The position numbers and the translations under genes were made by a program. Shown piece after piece: positions 37,541 to 48,451 of a stretch of DNA of 64,000 bases; positions within the stretch are counted from its first letter, which is position 1; each line of letters opens with the position of its first letter. The stretch spans positions 10,771 to 74,770 of the forward strand of contig JALZUR010000005.1 in the NCBI GenBank assembly GCA_023301025.1. Reading direction: 5' to 3'. Source of the stretch: Bdellovibrionales bacterium (GTDB taxonomy: Bacteria; Bdellovibrionota; Bdellovibrionia; Bdellovibrionales; UBA1609). The notes under the pieces were generated by a model. It made no database searches, was not told the origin of the DNA, and worked only from the letters and a program-made list of their open reading frames with translations.

Positions 37541-38314
37541 ATGGGGGATCAGATGAAAAAACTAATCTTAACAATTGCACTGCCTTTATTTTTAGTAGCT
37601 TGTGGTAGTGGTGGTAACGGTAGAAGTGGTAAAACTGCTTCTAGAAACAACAATGATTCAAGAACATTTCGTGGTAATGTTGATACATCAGCACTTCAAA
37701 GTCAAAGCAGTAACATCTATTGGGGTCAGATTTTTGATTATAATCATGGTTTTTCTGGTGTTCAGAGTTTTCAAGAAAGAGCAGAAGATTTTTTATTTCC
37801 ACAGCTTGATGCAAAAGATATTGGTAGCATTAGTGGAGTACGAGGCAGTACAAATACAGGCATATTCTTTTATGGTTCTGGTATTAGCTTTATTGGTGAG
37901 CCTTCAGTTGATCAAAATGGTTTTATTAGAAGAGAAAATGCTTTTGACACAAAAACTTCTGAGCTAAGAATTGAAATCGAAGATTTGTTTAACAACAATA
38001 GAGGCATTATTCCTATACACTTTAATGAAGATAAAAATGGTTTAGGTCAACTTACTGGATCTTTAATTGAAGGAAACTTTGTGCAGCTTATTTTTGAAGA
38101 TGAACTTGGAAAGGTAAGTTTTGAAGGTGTTCTTCAGTCTAGCACCAATGCAATGCTTTTTGTTGGTGACGTTTATTATAGAAATTTAAATTATGTAAGA
38201 ATTGACGGTGATATCCAAAGCCTTAATGAAGATAGTAAGTTTTTAGGTGGCTTTGTAACAGATGCTTGTAGGTTCTTTAACACTGATAAAATCTTTAATC
38301 ATACTTGCAACTAA
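37541..38314 (+). CDS. Orphan lipoprotein (true start probably 37553, MKKLILT)
   Basis: Lipobox LVAC; GGGGGA SD before the second ATG; beta-rich body. Confidence 0.8.
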   Translation: MGDQMKKLILTIALPLFLVACGSGGNGRSGKTASRNNNDSRTFRGNVDTSALQSQSSNIYWGQIFDYNHGFSGVQSFQERAEDFLFPQLDAKDIGSISGVRGSTNTGIFFYGSGISFIGEPSVDQNGFIRRENAFDTKTSELRIEIEDLFNNNRGIIPIHFNEDKNGLGQLTGSLIEGNFVQLIFEDELGKVSFEGVLQSSTNAMLFVGDVYYRNLNYVRIDGDIQSLNEDSKFLGGFVTDACRFFNTDKIFNHTCN

Positions 38315-38362
38315 GATTTTAAACATACAAAAGACTTCGTGTCTTTATATCTTGCCAGCCTG

Positions 38363-38387
38363 AAAGCCAGTCGTTAGACTGGCTTTT
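38363..38387 (+). terminator. Strong hairpin / intrinsic terminator
   Basis: AAAGCCAGTC-gtta-GACTGGCTTT(T). Confidence 0.65.
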
Positions 38388-38392
38388 GTGTT

Positions 38393-39502
38393 ATGAAGAC
38401 GACTGTAAATGATCCCATATTAGAAGTTGTACTAGGCTCTAGATACACTATTGATCTTCCTGCTATGAATATTAAAAGCAGAGAAGAAGCCCTGCAGTTT
38501 ATATTTACATATGGCTATGACATATCACACTATAAAGAGTCTGAGCTCTTGTGGAGAATACATAGAAATTCAATTGAAATACTTGAAGAAGAGATTCTTG
38601 ATTTTGATGAACACCTACCAGAAGAAGTTAGAAATAGAGAAGAGCTTCAAGACATTACAAGTTTACTCATAGCAGCAAGTCAGAAAGATAGATTAGATGT
38701 TCAAAAGTATGCCTGCGCAATATTAAGAGTTATGCATATTATCATTCAGTTAGAAAACGATCTATTCACCTCTTTTACAGATGATATCAAATACCAAATT
38801 CTTAGACCTATACAAGAGCACGTATTTAAAGGTGAAAAAGACAGTTATTACCTTGGTGAAGATAAAGAGATTGAGCTTTATGATTTTTCTATAAAACCTT
38901 TAAAGCAAACAAAATCTGGAGTTATAAAACTTTTAGCTAAAGATGATGTTCTTGCGATGACTTTACTAGATAGGGTAGGAATTAGAATTATAACAAAATC
39001 AGTTTATGATATTTTTAAAGTTGTGACGTACCTTATAGAAAACAATGTTATCAGTTTCCCACATACTCTTGGTGGTACTGTTAAGAATATGATCTGCCCT
39101 GTTGAAATATACAATATGGTTAGGAAACAAGTTGATTTTACTTCACCTAAAGATGAAGTTGAAGAGAAAATCAACAGACTCTTAGATAATAAAACTCTTG
39201 AATGGCAAAATGAAGGTGGAGAGTTTAAAACAAAAAATAAATTTACATCTAAAAACTTTAAATTTCTTAAGTTTATAAGCCGTCGTTTTTTAAAGATTGA
39301 TCGAGGAACAAATAAAGACTCTCTTAACTTTTTTTATCCCTTTGAAGTTCAAATTTTAGATCATGATACGCACTCAAAAAATGAAGAGTCTCAAGCAAGC
39401 CATTCAGCTTATAAAGAAAGACAAAGAAGAGCTGCAAGAAGAAGAGTTTTAGGCTTTTACAAAAAAGATGATGAACTAAAAGTTAAAAAAAGCGATAAAT
39501 AA
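38393..39502 (+). CDS. RelA/SpoT-like nucleotidyltransferase-fold protein (TIGR04552-like)
   Basis: KQTKSGVIKL, DRVGIRII, PFEVQI, SHSAYK align by eye with RelA/SpoT synthetase motifs; family name from recall, not searched. Confidence 0.65.
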   Translation: MKTTVNDPILEVVLGSRYTIDLPAMNIKSREEALQFIFTYGYDISHYKESELLWRIHRNSIEILEEEILDFDEHLPEEVRNREELQDITSLLIAASQKDRLDVQKYACAILRVMHIIIQLENDLFTSFTDDIKYQILRPIQEHVFKGEKDSYYLGEDKEIELYDFSIKPLKQTKSGVIKLLAKDDVLAMTLLDRVGIRIITKSVYDIFKVVTYLIENNVISFPHTLGGTVKNMICPVEIYNMVRKQVDFTSPKDEVEEKINRLLDNKTLEWQNEGGEFKTKNKFTSKNFKFLKFISRRFLKIDRGTNKDSLNFFYPFEVQILDHDTHSKNEESQASHSAYKERQRRAARRRVLGFYKKDDELKVKKSDK

Positions 39503-39575
39503 ACTTTAAGTTAAAGTTTTTAAAAAATATAAAATTAATACTTAACAACAAACCTGCACTATAAAAGATATAAAT

Positions 39576-40334
39576 ATGAAGATTATAAGATACATACTTT
39601 TACCATTTAGGTTGTTTTTTATTGTTACTTTTACTTTTTTTTTAGGTCTTATTTTTATTGCCTCAGTACTTGTAGTTGGTAAGAGGGCTTCATACAAATA
39701 TACTCGCATACCTTACGTCTGGGGGACTCTATTCAGTTTTTTAACAGGTTCTAGAGTTAAAGTTTTTGGTAAAGAAAATATTCCAAAAGATAAGGGTGTT
39801 GTGTATTTGTTTTCGCATGCTAGTTTTTTAGATATTCCACTTCTTTTTACGGCATTAAAATCTTTTTATAATTTTGCGGCAAAAAGTTATGTGTTTAATA
39901 TTCCTATTATAGGCCAAATTGGCCGAGTTATGGGCACTATTGAAATTAAAAATGATTTAAATGAGTCTATTAAAGAGTACAAACGAGCTGAGTCTCTTAT
40001 CAAAGACGGTGAATCTTTTATGATAGCCCCTGAAGGGAAAAGAAGTGATTCAGAGTGTATTGATCCTTTTAAATCTGGTCCGTTTATCTTTGCATTAAAT
40101 GCTAAAGCCGATCTTGTACCTGTTGTTATTTATGGGGCTACAAAAATTTGGTCTAATAAAGAAACTGTCCCAAATTTAAAAAGTTTTGGTGGCACAGTGT
40201 ACATAAGTGTTTTGCCTTTAGTTGAAATTAAAGACTTTGATGCTGAAAACAGAAAGCTTAAAGCTGAAGTGATAAGACAAGACATGATTTTAGAATTAAA
40301 AAGACTTAAAAAAATTGCATCTGAAGCTGCCTAA
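39576..40334 (+). CDS. plsC: 1-acyl-sn-glycerol-3-phosphate acyltransferase
   Basis: SHASFLD (HxxxxD), FAAK, APEGKRS, FKSG. Confidence 0.85.
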   Translation: MKIIRYILLPFRLFFIVTFTFFLGLIFIASVLVVGKRASYKYTRIPYVWGTLFSFLTGSRVKVFGKENIPKDKGVVYLFSHASFLDIPLLFTALKSFYNFAAKSYVFNIPIIGQIGRVMGTIEIKNDLNESIKEYKRAESLIKDGESFMIAPEGKRSDSECIDPFKSGPFIFALNAKADLVPVVIYGATKIWSNKETVPNLKSFGGTVYISVLPLVEIKDFDAENRKLKAEVIRQDMILELKRLKKIASEAA

Positions 40335-40495
40335 AATTAAATAAGTATTTAAGGCCCGTGTAGTTTTAATAAATTTTGTAACATAAGATTTATGTTTTGT
40401 TAATTCTTATGGGCAGATAAATAAACAATGAGTGACATAAATTTAAAATCAAATACATTATTAGGTAAATATACATACATATAAAGGGGTCTAAG

Positions 40496-41344
40496 ATGAT
40501 TAAAAAAGTTGGAGTGGTAGGCGCTGGTCAAATGGGTAGCGGAATAGCTCATGTTGCTGCACAATCTAAGTATGAGGTTTTTTTATATGATGTTTCGAAA
40601 AGCTCCTTAGATAAAGCTTTAGCCGTTATTTCAAAGAGTTGCGACAGACTTATTAAAAAAGAAAAGATCTTAGAAGAAGATAAGCAAAACATCTTAAATT
40701 CAATTCATTGCTCTATTGATATTGATAGTCTTAGTGATTGTGATGTTGTTGTAGAAGCTGCCACTGAAAACTTAAATTTAAAATTAAAAATATTTGAGTC
40801 TTTAGATAAAACTGTAAAAAAAGAAGCTTATCTTTTTACAAACACCTCATCTATTTCTGTAACAAAAATTGCTTCGATCACCAGTAGACCTGAAAAGGTA
40901 TGTGGCGTTCACTTTATGAATCCAGTGCCAATCATGACTCTAGTTGAAGGCATTAAAGGGCTTCAAACAAGTGATGAGACTTTTAAAGTTGCAAAAGATT
41001 TTTCTGAGTCTTTAAATAAAACCTTTGTAGAAGCAAAAGATTTTCCGGGCTTTATTGTAAATAGAGTTTTAATGCCAATGATCAATGAAGCGTGCTACAC
41101 CCTTTATGAAGGTATAGGCTCTGCGCGTGACATCGATGAGGCCATGAAGAGAGGTACAAATCAACCTATGGGGCCACTTACTTTAGCTGACTTTATTGGT
41201 TTAGACACATGTTTAGCTATTATGAATGTTCTTCATGAAGGCTTAGGGGACAGTAAGTATAGGCCTTGTCCTTTATTGGTTAAGCACGTTGAAGCAGGGT
41301 GGTTGGGAAGAAAATCTGGTCGTGGTTTTTATACGTATGACTAA
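40496..41344 (+). CDS. hbd: 3-hydroxybutyryl-CoA dehydrogenase
   Basis: GAGQMGSGIA, VEAATE, TNTSSIS, GVHFMNPVP, GFIVNR, PMGPL, GRKSGRGFY. Confidence 0.93.
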   Translation: MIKKVGVVGAGQMGSGIAHVAAQSKYEVFLYDVSKSSLDKALAVISKSCDRLIKKEKILEEDKQNILNSIHCSIDIDSLSDCDVVVEAATENLNLKLKIFESLDKTVKKEAYLFTNTSSISVTKIASITSRPEKVCGVHFMNPVPIMTLVEGIKGLQTSDETFKVAKDFSESLNKTFVEAKDFPGFIVNRVLMPMINEACYTLYEGIGSARDIDEAMKRGTNQPMGPLTLADFIGLDTCLAIMNVLHEGLGDSKYRPCPLLVKHVEAGWLGRKSGRGFYTYD

Positions 41345-41355
41345 AAGAGGTAAGT

Positions 41356-42144
41356 ATGAATTTTGTTAAAGTTGAAACAATAGAAGATCATGTTCAAAAA
41401 ATTACAATTGATAAAGAGAAATCCTTAAACGCTCTTAACACAGAAGTTTTAGATGAGTTAAAGGTTTTACTCGAATCTGAAGATGTTAAAAACGCAAGAC
41501 TAGTCTTTATTGACAGTGCAGGGGATAAAGCATTTGTAGCAGGGGCTGATATTGCTGAAATGAAAGCTTTTACCTCAGCTCAAGCTGCAAGTTTTAGTAA
41601 GCTTGGGCATTATGTTTTTTCTCTTTTTGAACATTTAAGTGCTGTTACTATTTCTTTGGTTGATGGCTACACTTTAGGTGGTGGTTTTGAACTGGCCCTA
41701 TCAACTGATATTATACTTGCAACAGAGAAGTCTATGTTTGGTTTACCTGAAGTAAGCTTAGGTTTAATCCCTGGTTTTGGGGGGACTCAAAGACTCTCAC
41801 GTTCTTTAGGGCTTCATTTGGCAAAGTATTTAACTCTTACGGGTGAAATGCTAAGCGCAAATGATCTTTGTGAAAAAGGTCTTGTAGCAAAAGTTTTCAA
41901 GACCAAAGAAGACTTGATAAAGTATTCAGATAAATTGAAAGACAAAGTTCTCTTAAAAGGTCCTTATGCAGTTAAAGTTGCAAAACAAACTATTCATAAA
42001 GGTTTTAGTTTAGAGTTTAAAGACTCTTTAGAGTTAGAAAAACAAGAGTTCTCACTTTTATTTGGTACTAAAGAGAATCAAGAAGGTGTGAGTGCATTTT
42101 TAGAAAAAAGAAAGCCTAACTTTGCTAAAAGTGAGACAAAATAA
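41356..42144 (+). CDS. Enoyl-CoA hydratase (crotonase family)
   Basis: [50 protein letters not shown]. Confidence 0.92.
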   Translation: MNFVKVETIEDHVQKITIDKEKSLNALNTEVLDELKVLLESEDVKNARLVFIDSAGDKAFVAGADIAEMKAFTSAQAASFSKLGHYVFSLFEHLSAVTISLVDGYTLGGGFELALSTDIILATEKSMFGLPEVSLGLIPGFGGTQRLSRSLGLHLAKYLTLTGEMLSANDLCEKGLVAKVFKTKEDLIKYSDKLKDKVLLKGPYAVKVAKQTIHKGFSLEFKDSLELEKQEFSLLFGTKENQEGVSAFLEKRKPNFAKSETK

Positions 42145-45100
42145 TGTACGCGCCTAAAAATCCAATTCGTGTTGTCACCTCAGCAGCTCTTTTTGACGGG
42201 CACGATGCTGCTATAAATATAATGAGAAGAATACTTCAAGATATGGGTGTTGAGGTTATTCATTTAGGCCACAATAGATCTGTTGCCGATGTCGTAAAAA
42301 CAGTGCTTCAAGAAGGTGCCCAGGGTGTTGCTATAAGCTCCTATCAAGGTGGGCATATGGAGTACTTTAAATACATGAGAGACCTTTTAGATGCCCAAGG
42401 TGCTGAGTATATAAAGATTTTTGGTGGTGGTGGTGGTGTTATAATCCACGATGAAAAAAAAGAGTTAGAGGCTTATGGGATTACTCAAATCTTTCACCCA
42501 GATGATGGAAGACGTCTTGGGCTAGAGGGAATGATTGAATCTATAGTTAAAGCCTGTGACTTTGATCTTTCTGAAGTGGCTAAGCCTCTTAGTGCAGTTA
42601 AAAAAGATATGTATAAACTTGGGCGACTTCCCCACAGAGATTTAGGTCTATTGGTAAATGATGTTGAACTTAAGTTAGATAAAACTAATTGGACTGATGA
42701 AATCAAAACAAAGTGGAAGAATGAAAAACAGATTAAAGATAAACAAAACAAAGAGTCAAAACCACTTGTTTTAGGAATGACTGGAACCGGCGGGGCCGGA
42801 AAGTCTAGTTTGATTGATGAACTTCTTAGTCGCTTTTTAAATAGCTATGATGATATCTCCATTGCCGTTGTTTGTGTTGATCCTTCTAAAAAAAAAACAG
42901 GCGGCAGTCTCTTAGGAGATCGGATAAGAATGAACTCTTTAAAAAGACCTGGTGTTTATATGAGGTCTTTAGCATCAAGAGGTTCAGGCAATGAAATCTC
43001 TGAAAGTCTTTCTTCAGTTGTAGATTCTTTAAAAAATTTAGAATTTGATCTGATCATTGCTGAAAGTTCAGGGATTGGTCAGGCGAGCTCTGCTATAACT
43101 CAAGTAAGTGATCTAAGTCTTTATGTAATGACCTCAGATTTTGGAGCTCAAAGCCAATTAGAAAAAATTGATATGATAGATTTTGCAAACTTTATTGCAA
43201 TCAATAAAGCTGATCGCAGGGGTTCAGAAGATGCCCTAAGAGATGTAAAAAAACAGTATCAACGATCAAGAAAGCTTTTTGAAGAGGATGAAAAAAGTTT
43301 TCCAGTATTTTTAACTCAGGCCTCTCAGTTTAATGATCATGGGGTTAATAAACTCTTTTACTCTTTGATTGAAGAGCTTAAAGTAAAAGATAAAAATTCT
43401 ATTTGGCAAAAAGAGAACAAACTTATAAACGGTGAAGTAAAAAAGTCTTTGATCTCACCCCACAGACAAAACTATTTGTCAGAAATTTCAAAAACTGTTT
43501 TTGATTATCATGATGAAACAAAAAAAATTAAAGAAGAGCTTTCATTTTTGGGAGCTGTTAATAAGGTCTCTTCTTTTACAAAAGATGAAACCTTGCTCTC
43601 AAAAAAAGAAGAGATTTTATCGAAGCACTCAAAAAAAACAATATCAAGTGTAAGAGATTGGGATAATTTTACAAAAGGCTACTTTAAAGATGAGTTTATT
43701 TACGAAGTCCGAGGAAAAGAGATTAAGCAGCCTCTAAATTCAAACTCGTTAAGTGGGACTAAAGTTCCAAGAGTTGTTCCGCCTTTAAACTTATCCGATT
43801 GGGGAGATCGTTACTCTTTTTTAAGAAAAGAAAACATGCCAGGCTCTTTTCCGTACACTTCTGGAGTTTTTCCTTTAAAAAGAAAAGGGGAGGATCCTAC
43901 TCGGCAGTTTGCAGGTGAAGGACCACCTGAACGTACTAATAAAAGATTTCATTATCTCTCTAAAGGGCAACCTGCAAAGAGGCTATCTACGGCTTTTGAT
44001 AGTGTTACCCTTTACGGTGAAGACCCTCATGAAAGACCTGATATCTATGGTAAGGTTGGTGAAAGTGGTGTAAGCATCGCAAGCTTAGATGATATGAAAA
44101 GACTTTATGAAGGTTTTGACCTTTGTGACCCTGCAACTAGTGTGAGTATGACAATCAATGGTCCTGCACCCATGATTCTGGCTTTTTTTATGAACACAGC
44201 TATTGATCAAAAAGTTCAAGCTAAAGAAAAAGAAAAAGGCAGCAAACTAAATACTGAAGAGTTAGAAGAAGCAAAACTTGAGGCTTTACAAGAAGTAAGG
44301 GGTACAGTTCAGGCTGATATTTTAAAAGAAGATCAAGGGCAAAACACTTGTATCTTTAGTATAGATTTTGCTTTAAAGATGATGGGGGACATTCAAGAGT
44401 ATTTTATTCAAAATAAAGTTAAAAACTTTTACTCTGTTAGTATCTCTGGTTATCACATTGCTGAAGCTGGAGCTAACCCTATCACTCAATTAGCTTTAAC
44501 ACTTTCTAATGCGTTTACTTATGTAGAATACTATCTACAACGAGGTATGAGTGTTGATGATTTTGCACCAAACCTTTCATTCTTCTTTAGCAACGGTTTA
44601 GATCCCGAGTATTCAGTTATTGGTCGAGTTGCTAGGCGAATTTGGGCTATTGCAATGAAAGAACGCTATAAAGCTTCGGATAGATCACAAAAGCTTAAGT
44701 ACCACATACAAACTAGCGGTAGATCACTTCATGCTCAGGAGATACAGTTTAACGATATAAGAACAACCCTTCAGGCTTTAATGGCCATCAATGATAATTG
44801 CAACTCTTTACATACAAACGCATATGATGAGGCCATTACTACACCTACAGAAGAGTCTGTAAGACGTGCTCAAGCTATTCAAATGATTATAAATAAAGAG
44901 CTGGGATCTACTAAAAATGAAAATAGTCTTCAAGGCTCTTACTACTATGACTGGCTAACTGATGAAGTTGAAACAGCTGTTTTAAAGGAGTTTGAACGTA
45001 TCAATGACAGAGGTGGTGTTTTAGGTGCTATGGAGACTCAGTATCAAAGAGGAAAAATTCAAGAAGAGTCCATGCACTATGAGCATTTAAAACATAGCGG

Positions 45101-45407
45101 TGATTTACCTGTAGTTGGAGTTAACACTTACATTGACCCAAAAACTTTAGAAGCTGGTTTTGTTCCTGAAAGTATTGAAATGGCCAGAGCTACAACAAAA
45201 GAAAAAGATCTTCAGCTTAATAGAACTATAGACTATAAGAAAACGAACGCTGAGAGTTCAGAAAAAATGCTTAAAAAACTTAAAGAGGACTGTTTAAGTG
45301 GTGAAAATATTTTTAAAAGTCTTATGGAAGTCTCAAAATTCTGCTCTCTTCACCAGATTACTCAAACACTTTACGAAGTCGGCGGGGAGTACAGAAGAAA
45401 TCTGTAA
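42144..45407 (+). CDS. icmF: Fused isobutyryl-CoA mutase / MeaB-like GTPase (B12-dependent)
   Basis: N-terminal B12 domain [12 protein letters not shown]; GTPase [17 protein letters not shown]; mutase [36 protein letters not shown]; 1087 aa. Confidence 0.95.
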   Translation: MYAPKNPIRVVTSAALFDGHDAAINIMRRILQDMGVEVIHLGHNRSVADVVKTVLQEGAQGVAISSYQGGHMEYFKYMRDLLDAQGAEYIKIFGGGGGVIIHDEKKELEAYGITQIFHPDDGRRLGLEGMIESIVKACDFDLSEVAKPLSAVKKDMYKLGRLPHRDLGLLVNDVELKLDKTNWTDEIKTKWKNEKQIKDKQNKESKPLVLGMTGTGGAGKSSLIDELLSRFLNSYDDISIAVVCVDPSKKKTGGSLLGDRIRMNSLKRPGVYMRSLASRGSGNEISESLSSVVDSLKNLEFDLIIAESSGIGQASSAITQVSDLSLYVMTSDFGAQSQLEKIDMIDFANFIAINKADRRGSEDALRDVKKQYQRSRKLFEEDEKSFPVFLTQASQFNDHGVNKLFYSLIEELKVKDKNSIWQKENKLINGEVKKSLISPHRQNYLSEISKTVFDYHDETKKIKEELSFLGAVNKVSSFTKDETLLSKKEEILSKHSKKTISSVRDWDNFTKGYFKDEFIYEVRGKEIKQPLNSNSLSGTKVPRVVPPLNLSDWGDRYSFLRKENMPGSFPYTSGVFPLKRKGEDPTRQFAGEGPPERTNKRFHYLSKGQPAKRLSTAFDSVTLYGEDPHERPDIYGKVGESGVSIASLDDMKRLYEGFDLCDPATSVSMTINGPAPMILAFFMNTAIDQKVQAKEKEKGSKLNTEELEEAKLEALQEVRGTVQADILKEDQGQNTCIFSIDFALKMMGDIQEYFIQNKVKNFYSVSISGYHIAEAGANPITQLALTLSNAFTYVEYYLQRGMSVDDFAPNLSFFFSNGLDPEYSVIGRVARRIWAIAMKERYKASDRSQKLKYHIQTSGRSLHAQEIQFNDIRTTLQALMAINDNCNSLHTNAYDEAITTPTEESVRRAQAIQMIINKELGSTKNENSLQGSYYYDWLTDEVETAVLKEFERINDRGGVLGAMETQYQRGKIQEESMHYEHLKHSGDLPVVGVNTYIDPKTLEAGFVPESIEMARATTKEKDLQLNRTIDYKKTNAESSEKMLKKLKEDCLSGENIFKSLMEVSKFCSLHQITQTLYEVGGEYRRNL

Positions 45408-46713
45408 AGTAATCTTCTGTTCTTTACTTTTTTTTGGGTGTTCTAAAAAAGCTGAAATTAAGAATAATAAAAGCATCAAGCCACGAATAGAACACCTAAA
45501 GATCGCTCTTCAGACAAAACTTATGTCACTAGATCCTTTGAGTGTTAACTCTTTGGGTGAAAATCTTATTTTAGATTTAATCTCTCCAAAAATTTTTTAT
45601 AAAGAAAAAGAGACTTTTAAAAGTAAGCTTGGTGAGTTCAGGTTTGATGGTAAATCTTTAAAATTTAAAAGCTTAAAGTCTCAAGAGGTTTTTGGTCAGT
45701 CCTTTTTAAAGGCCTCTCAATCGAGTTTATGGAAGGTTTTGTTTAAAGACTTTATATTCACACCAAAAAAAGGTGTGGTTTGTGTTAAGGAACAAGGCTG
45801 TTTGTTAGGATTTGTAAACATGCTTGGAGTTTTAAGATCCAAAGAACTTTCAACTTATGTAGTGAAAGATTTTAAAAAAGGTCATTATGTTGTTTTAAAA
45901 TCTAATTTAGTAAACAATCATACTCTTCTTAAAAAGATAAAATTTATATCCATACAGAACGAAAGTGATGGATTTAAATTATTGTTAACAAAAAAAATAG
46001 ATCTTTTTTTTCCAGAATCTTTTAGTTTATCATTAGATCCTAAATTTGATTATGTTTTTAAAAAAGGTCAGAGTAAGCGTATTAGTTTTTACTTTAAAAA
46101 CAATTCTTTACCAGATAAAACATTTGTTAAACTTATTTGTGAGTCCGTTGAAGAGATCAAAAAGAGCTTTTCCATTTGGGATTTGACCGAAAACATGTGT
46201 AAAAACAGTAACATAATATTTAAGAATAAAAAAAATATTAAATTAAAAGAAAAAATAACAATTGTTGGAAACTCTAAAAACACAATTAAAATTGTTGATC
46301 TTCTATATAGTAAGAAACCAGATTATATTAACTTAGATTACAGAAATTTAAAATCTTATAAACTTACTAAAGTTCTAAAAAGTGGTGATTTTGATTTTTA
46401 TATTGATGAAGAGCTTTATGACAAAAGCTATCCATTTTTAAAAGAAGCCTATCATTCAGATGGATTGTTTAACACTTTAAAATATAAAAACAAAAATATG
46501 GACTCAATCTTTGATAATTTAGAATCAAAGACTGATTTTAAAGACTTTTTTGAAAGCCAAACACAACTAAATAAAATTTTAAAAAAAGAAGAGTCTATTA
46601 TTTTGAGACTAAATAGAAAAATACCTTTTTCTATTTTTCTAAAAAGTAGTCCAAAAAAAGAGACCTGCAATTTATTTTTGAAAAATTTAAAATTATCCTC
46701 AAAAGCTTTTTAA
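45298..46713 (+). CDS. Divergent ABC-type substrate-binding lipoprotein (family 5-like); start uncertain
   Basis: LFFGC lipobox-like motif, [34 protein letters not shown] pattern; overlaps the icmF end by 110 bp. Confidence 0.55.
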   Translation: MVKIFLKVLWKSQNSALFTRLLKHFTKSAGSTEEICKVIFCSLLFFGCSKKAEIKNNKSIKPRIEHLKIALQTKLMSLDPLSVNSLGENLILDLISPKIFYKEKETFKSKLGEFRFDGKSLKFKSLKSQEVFGQSFLKASQSSLWKVLFKDFIFTPKKGVVCVKEQGCLLGFVNMLGVLRSKELSTYVVKDFKKGHYVVLKSNLVNNHTLLKKIKFISIQNESDGFKLLLTKKIDLFFPESFSLSLDPKFDYVFKKGQSKRISFYFKNNSLPDKTFVKLICESVEEIKKSFSIWDLTENMCKNSNIIFKNKKNIKLKEKITIVGNSKNTIKIVDLLYSKKPDYINLDYRNLKSYKLTKVLKSGDFDFYIDEELYDKSYPFLKEAYHSDGLFNTLKYKNKNMDSIFDNLESKTDFKDFFESQTQLNKILKKEESIILRLNRKIPFSIFLKSSPKKETCNLFLKNLKLSSKAF

Positions 46714-48271
46714 AAGCCCGTTGCATGTCATTGAAGTTTTAGAAAAAGACTCTTCTGGTTTAAATTGAGCTTCTTGAACTTGAGCTTCAATAGCAGCACT
46801 CATGTTGGTCATCAGATAGTTTGTTACTTCTTTAGTTAAAAGATTGGCAAATTGCTCTGGTTCAACAAAGTTTTCTTTAGCTAGTGTAATAAGGCCCTTT
46901 AGAGCGTAAGGTAAAAATCCATCTCGCAGTTCAATGCCTTCACGAAGAACTATCTTAATAGATTCTATTAACCTCTCAGCTGGAGTCCGGTTAGTCTGAA
47001 TCACTCGCTCAAGAGATTCAAAAATCTCAAGACTCTTGATCGCCTCTGGTCGGTTCGTTGTTACAGACTCTAGTGCCATAACTACTTGTTTGGTGTTTTT
47101 AGCTCCAATTCCGTAAAGCATTTGCGCTAAGCCTTTGACTTCGTCCTCGGTGAGTTCTGTTACTTGACCAAAATCTATTGGGTCATTGGGCACTTTTTCA
47201 AGAGTTGTGAAAAGAAAATGAAACATGTGTAGCTTTTCTAAATTTTCTTTACTCACTGTTTTTAAATTATCTACAGGGTTCGAATCTGTATCAGTGTTCA
47301 AGGTTACAATTTCATTTCGTAATTTTTCTTGACGTTTCTCTAGACCAATTTCTGTAATTTCTGTCTCTACTGTTTTAAGTAGAGCTTCAAGCTGAATAAC
47401 AGCTTTTTTGTAAGACAGGCTCTTAACACCAAGTTCAGAAATTTTAAAGGCTACGCGATTTTCATTTTTGTCAGGTGATTCAGATTTATAGGGGCTACTT
47501 TTATAGCTTTCAAGTTCTGAGATTAAAGCCTTTCTTGAAATATCATCTTCAGGAGGAGTTTTTACCTCGCCATTGAAAAAACTTGAAAAGGTTGTTGCAA
47601 TACGCAATACCGATTCACGAAGTAGATCATTGGGGTGAGTAGAAAAAGTCTGTTGTTTTATGTTCTCGCTAAAAGTTTTAACATCTTCATTATTATCAGG
47701 TTTTTTCGCATTTAAAGCCCAATTAAGGCCGCGAAACACTGCTTCTGAAGGAATGCCTGACTCTAAAGAAAGCTCAACAGCTCTAGTGTCAGTGAGAAGC
47801 TCAATTTTTTGACTCGAAAGGAATCTGTAAGTATTTTTTGCTAATGAATTGGTTTTGAGGCACTGTTATCAATGGGGTGAGCCATTTCATGTGCTATGAT
47901 TCCTCTAAGTCTTAAAGTTGACAACTCAAACTGTCCTACATCATCAGAGGCGAGCGCTTCAGTAAAAAGAGATTCAATGAGCCCTCTTGTGACATAGAGA
48001 TTGACGTGCAGTTCTCCTTTCTTCACTTGGCTCTTTACATAAGCGTTTATACCCTCAAAATTTGTAATTTCAGTAACAGTTTGAACAGCAGTAACTGGTT
48101 TAGTTCGAAGAGAGTTGAGTCTTTTAAGCAAAGCGGGCTCAAAATTCTCGGCTATTTGCTGCACCATTGATTCAAACACAGGGGATTCTAAGTTGCTCGC
48201 CTTGCAGGGCAGGGGGAAAGTAAGCACCAAAACATTAAATAATACAAATTTTTACCAGGAAAAGACTTCAT
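46699..48271 (-). pseudogene. M48-like zinc metallopeptidase gene interrupted by two -1 frameshifts
   Basis: SD GAGGT plus ATG at 48271 (MKSFPGK...). The next frame carries IIAHEMAH (track ORF 47841-48230); a third frame carries SQKIELLTDTRAVELSLESGIP and continues into track ORF 46699-47739. Confidence 0.7.
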
Positions 48272-48451
48272 TAATACCTCAAATTTATAGGTATCCTATG
48301 TTTTGAATTGACTCCACATTACAGACTGAACGTTATATTTTTTACTAAACGTTATTTCATCTGTAAAAAGATTAGGCACTATAAGAGTGCTCTTCTTTTA
48401 TTAGTCTTTAATCCAGTCCTGTTTTGATTAATTCTCACCGATAAAAAGATA

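Noticed and set aside
37602-37967. 121-aa same-strand alternative-frame ORF inside the 37541 lipoprotein gene
   Set aside because: Composition reflects the shifted reading of the real gene; no independent start signals.
48115-48306. 63-aa + strand ORF
   Set aside because: Antisense to the frameshifted peptidase gene, which explains the region.
48374-48390. GGCACTATAAGAGTGC upstream of the second MscS gene as a sigma54 promoter
   Set aside because: The -12 element lacks TTGC at the right spacing; more likely a short inverted repeat.
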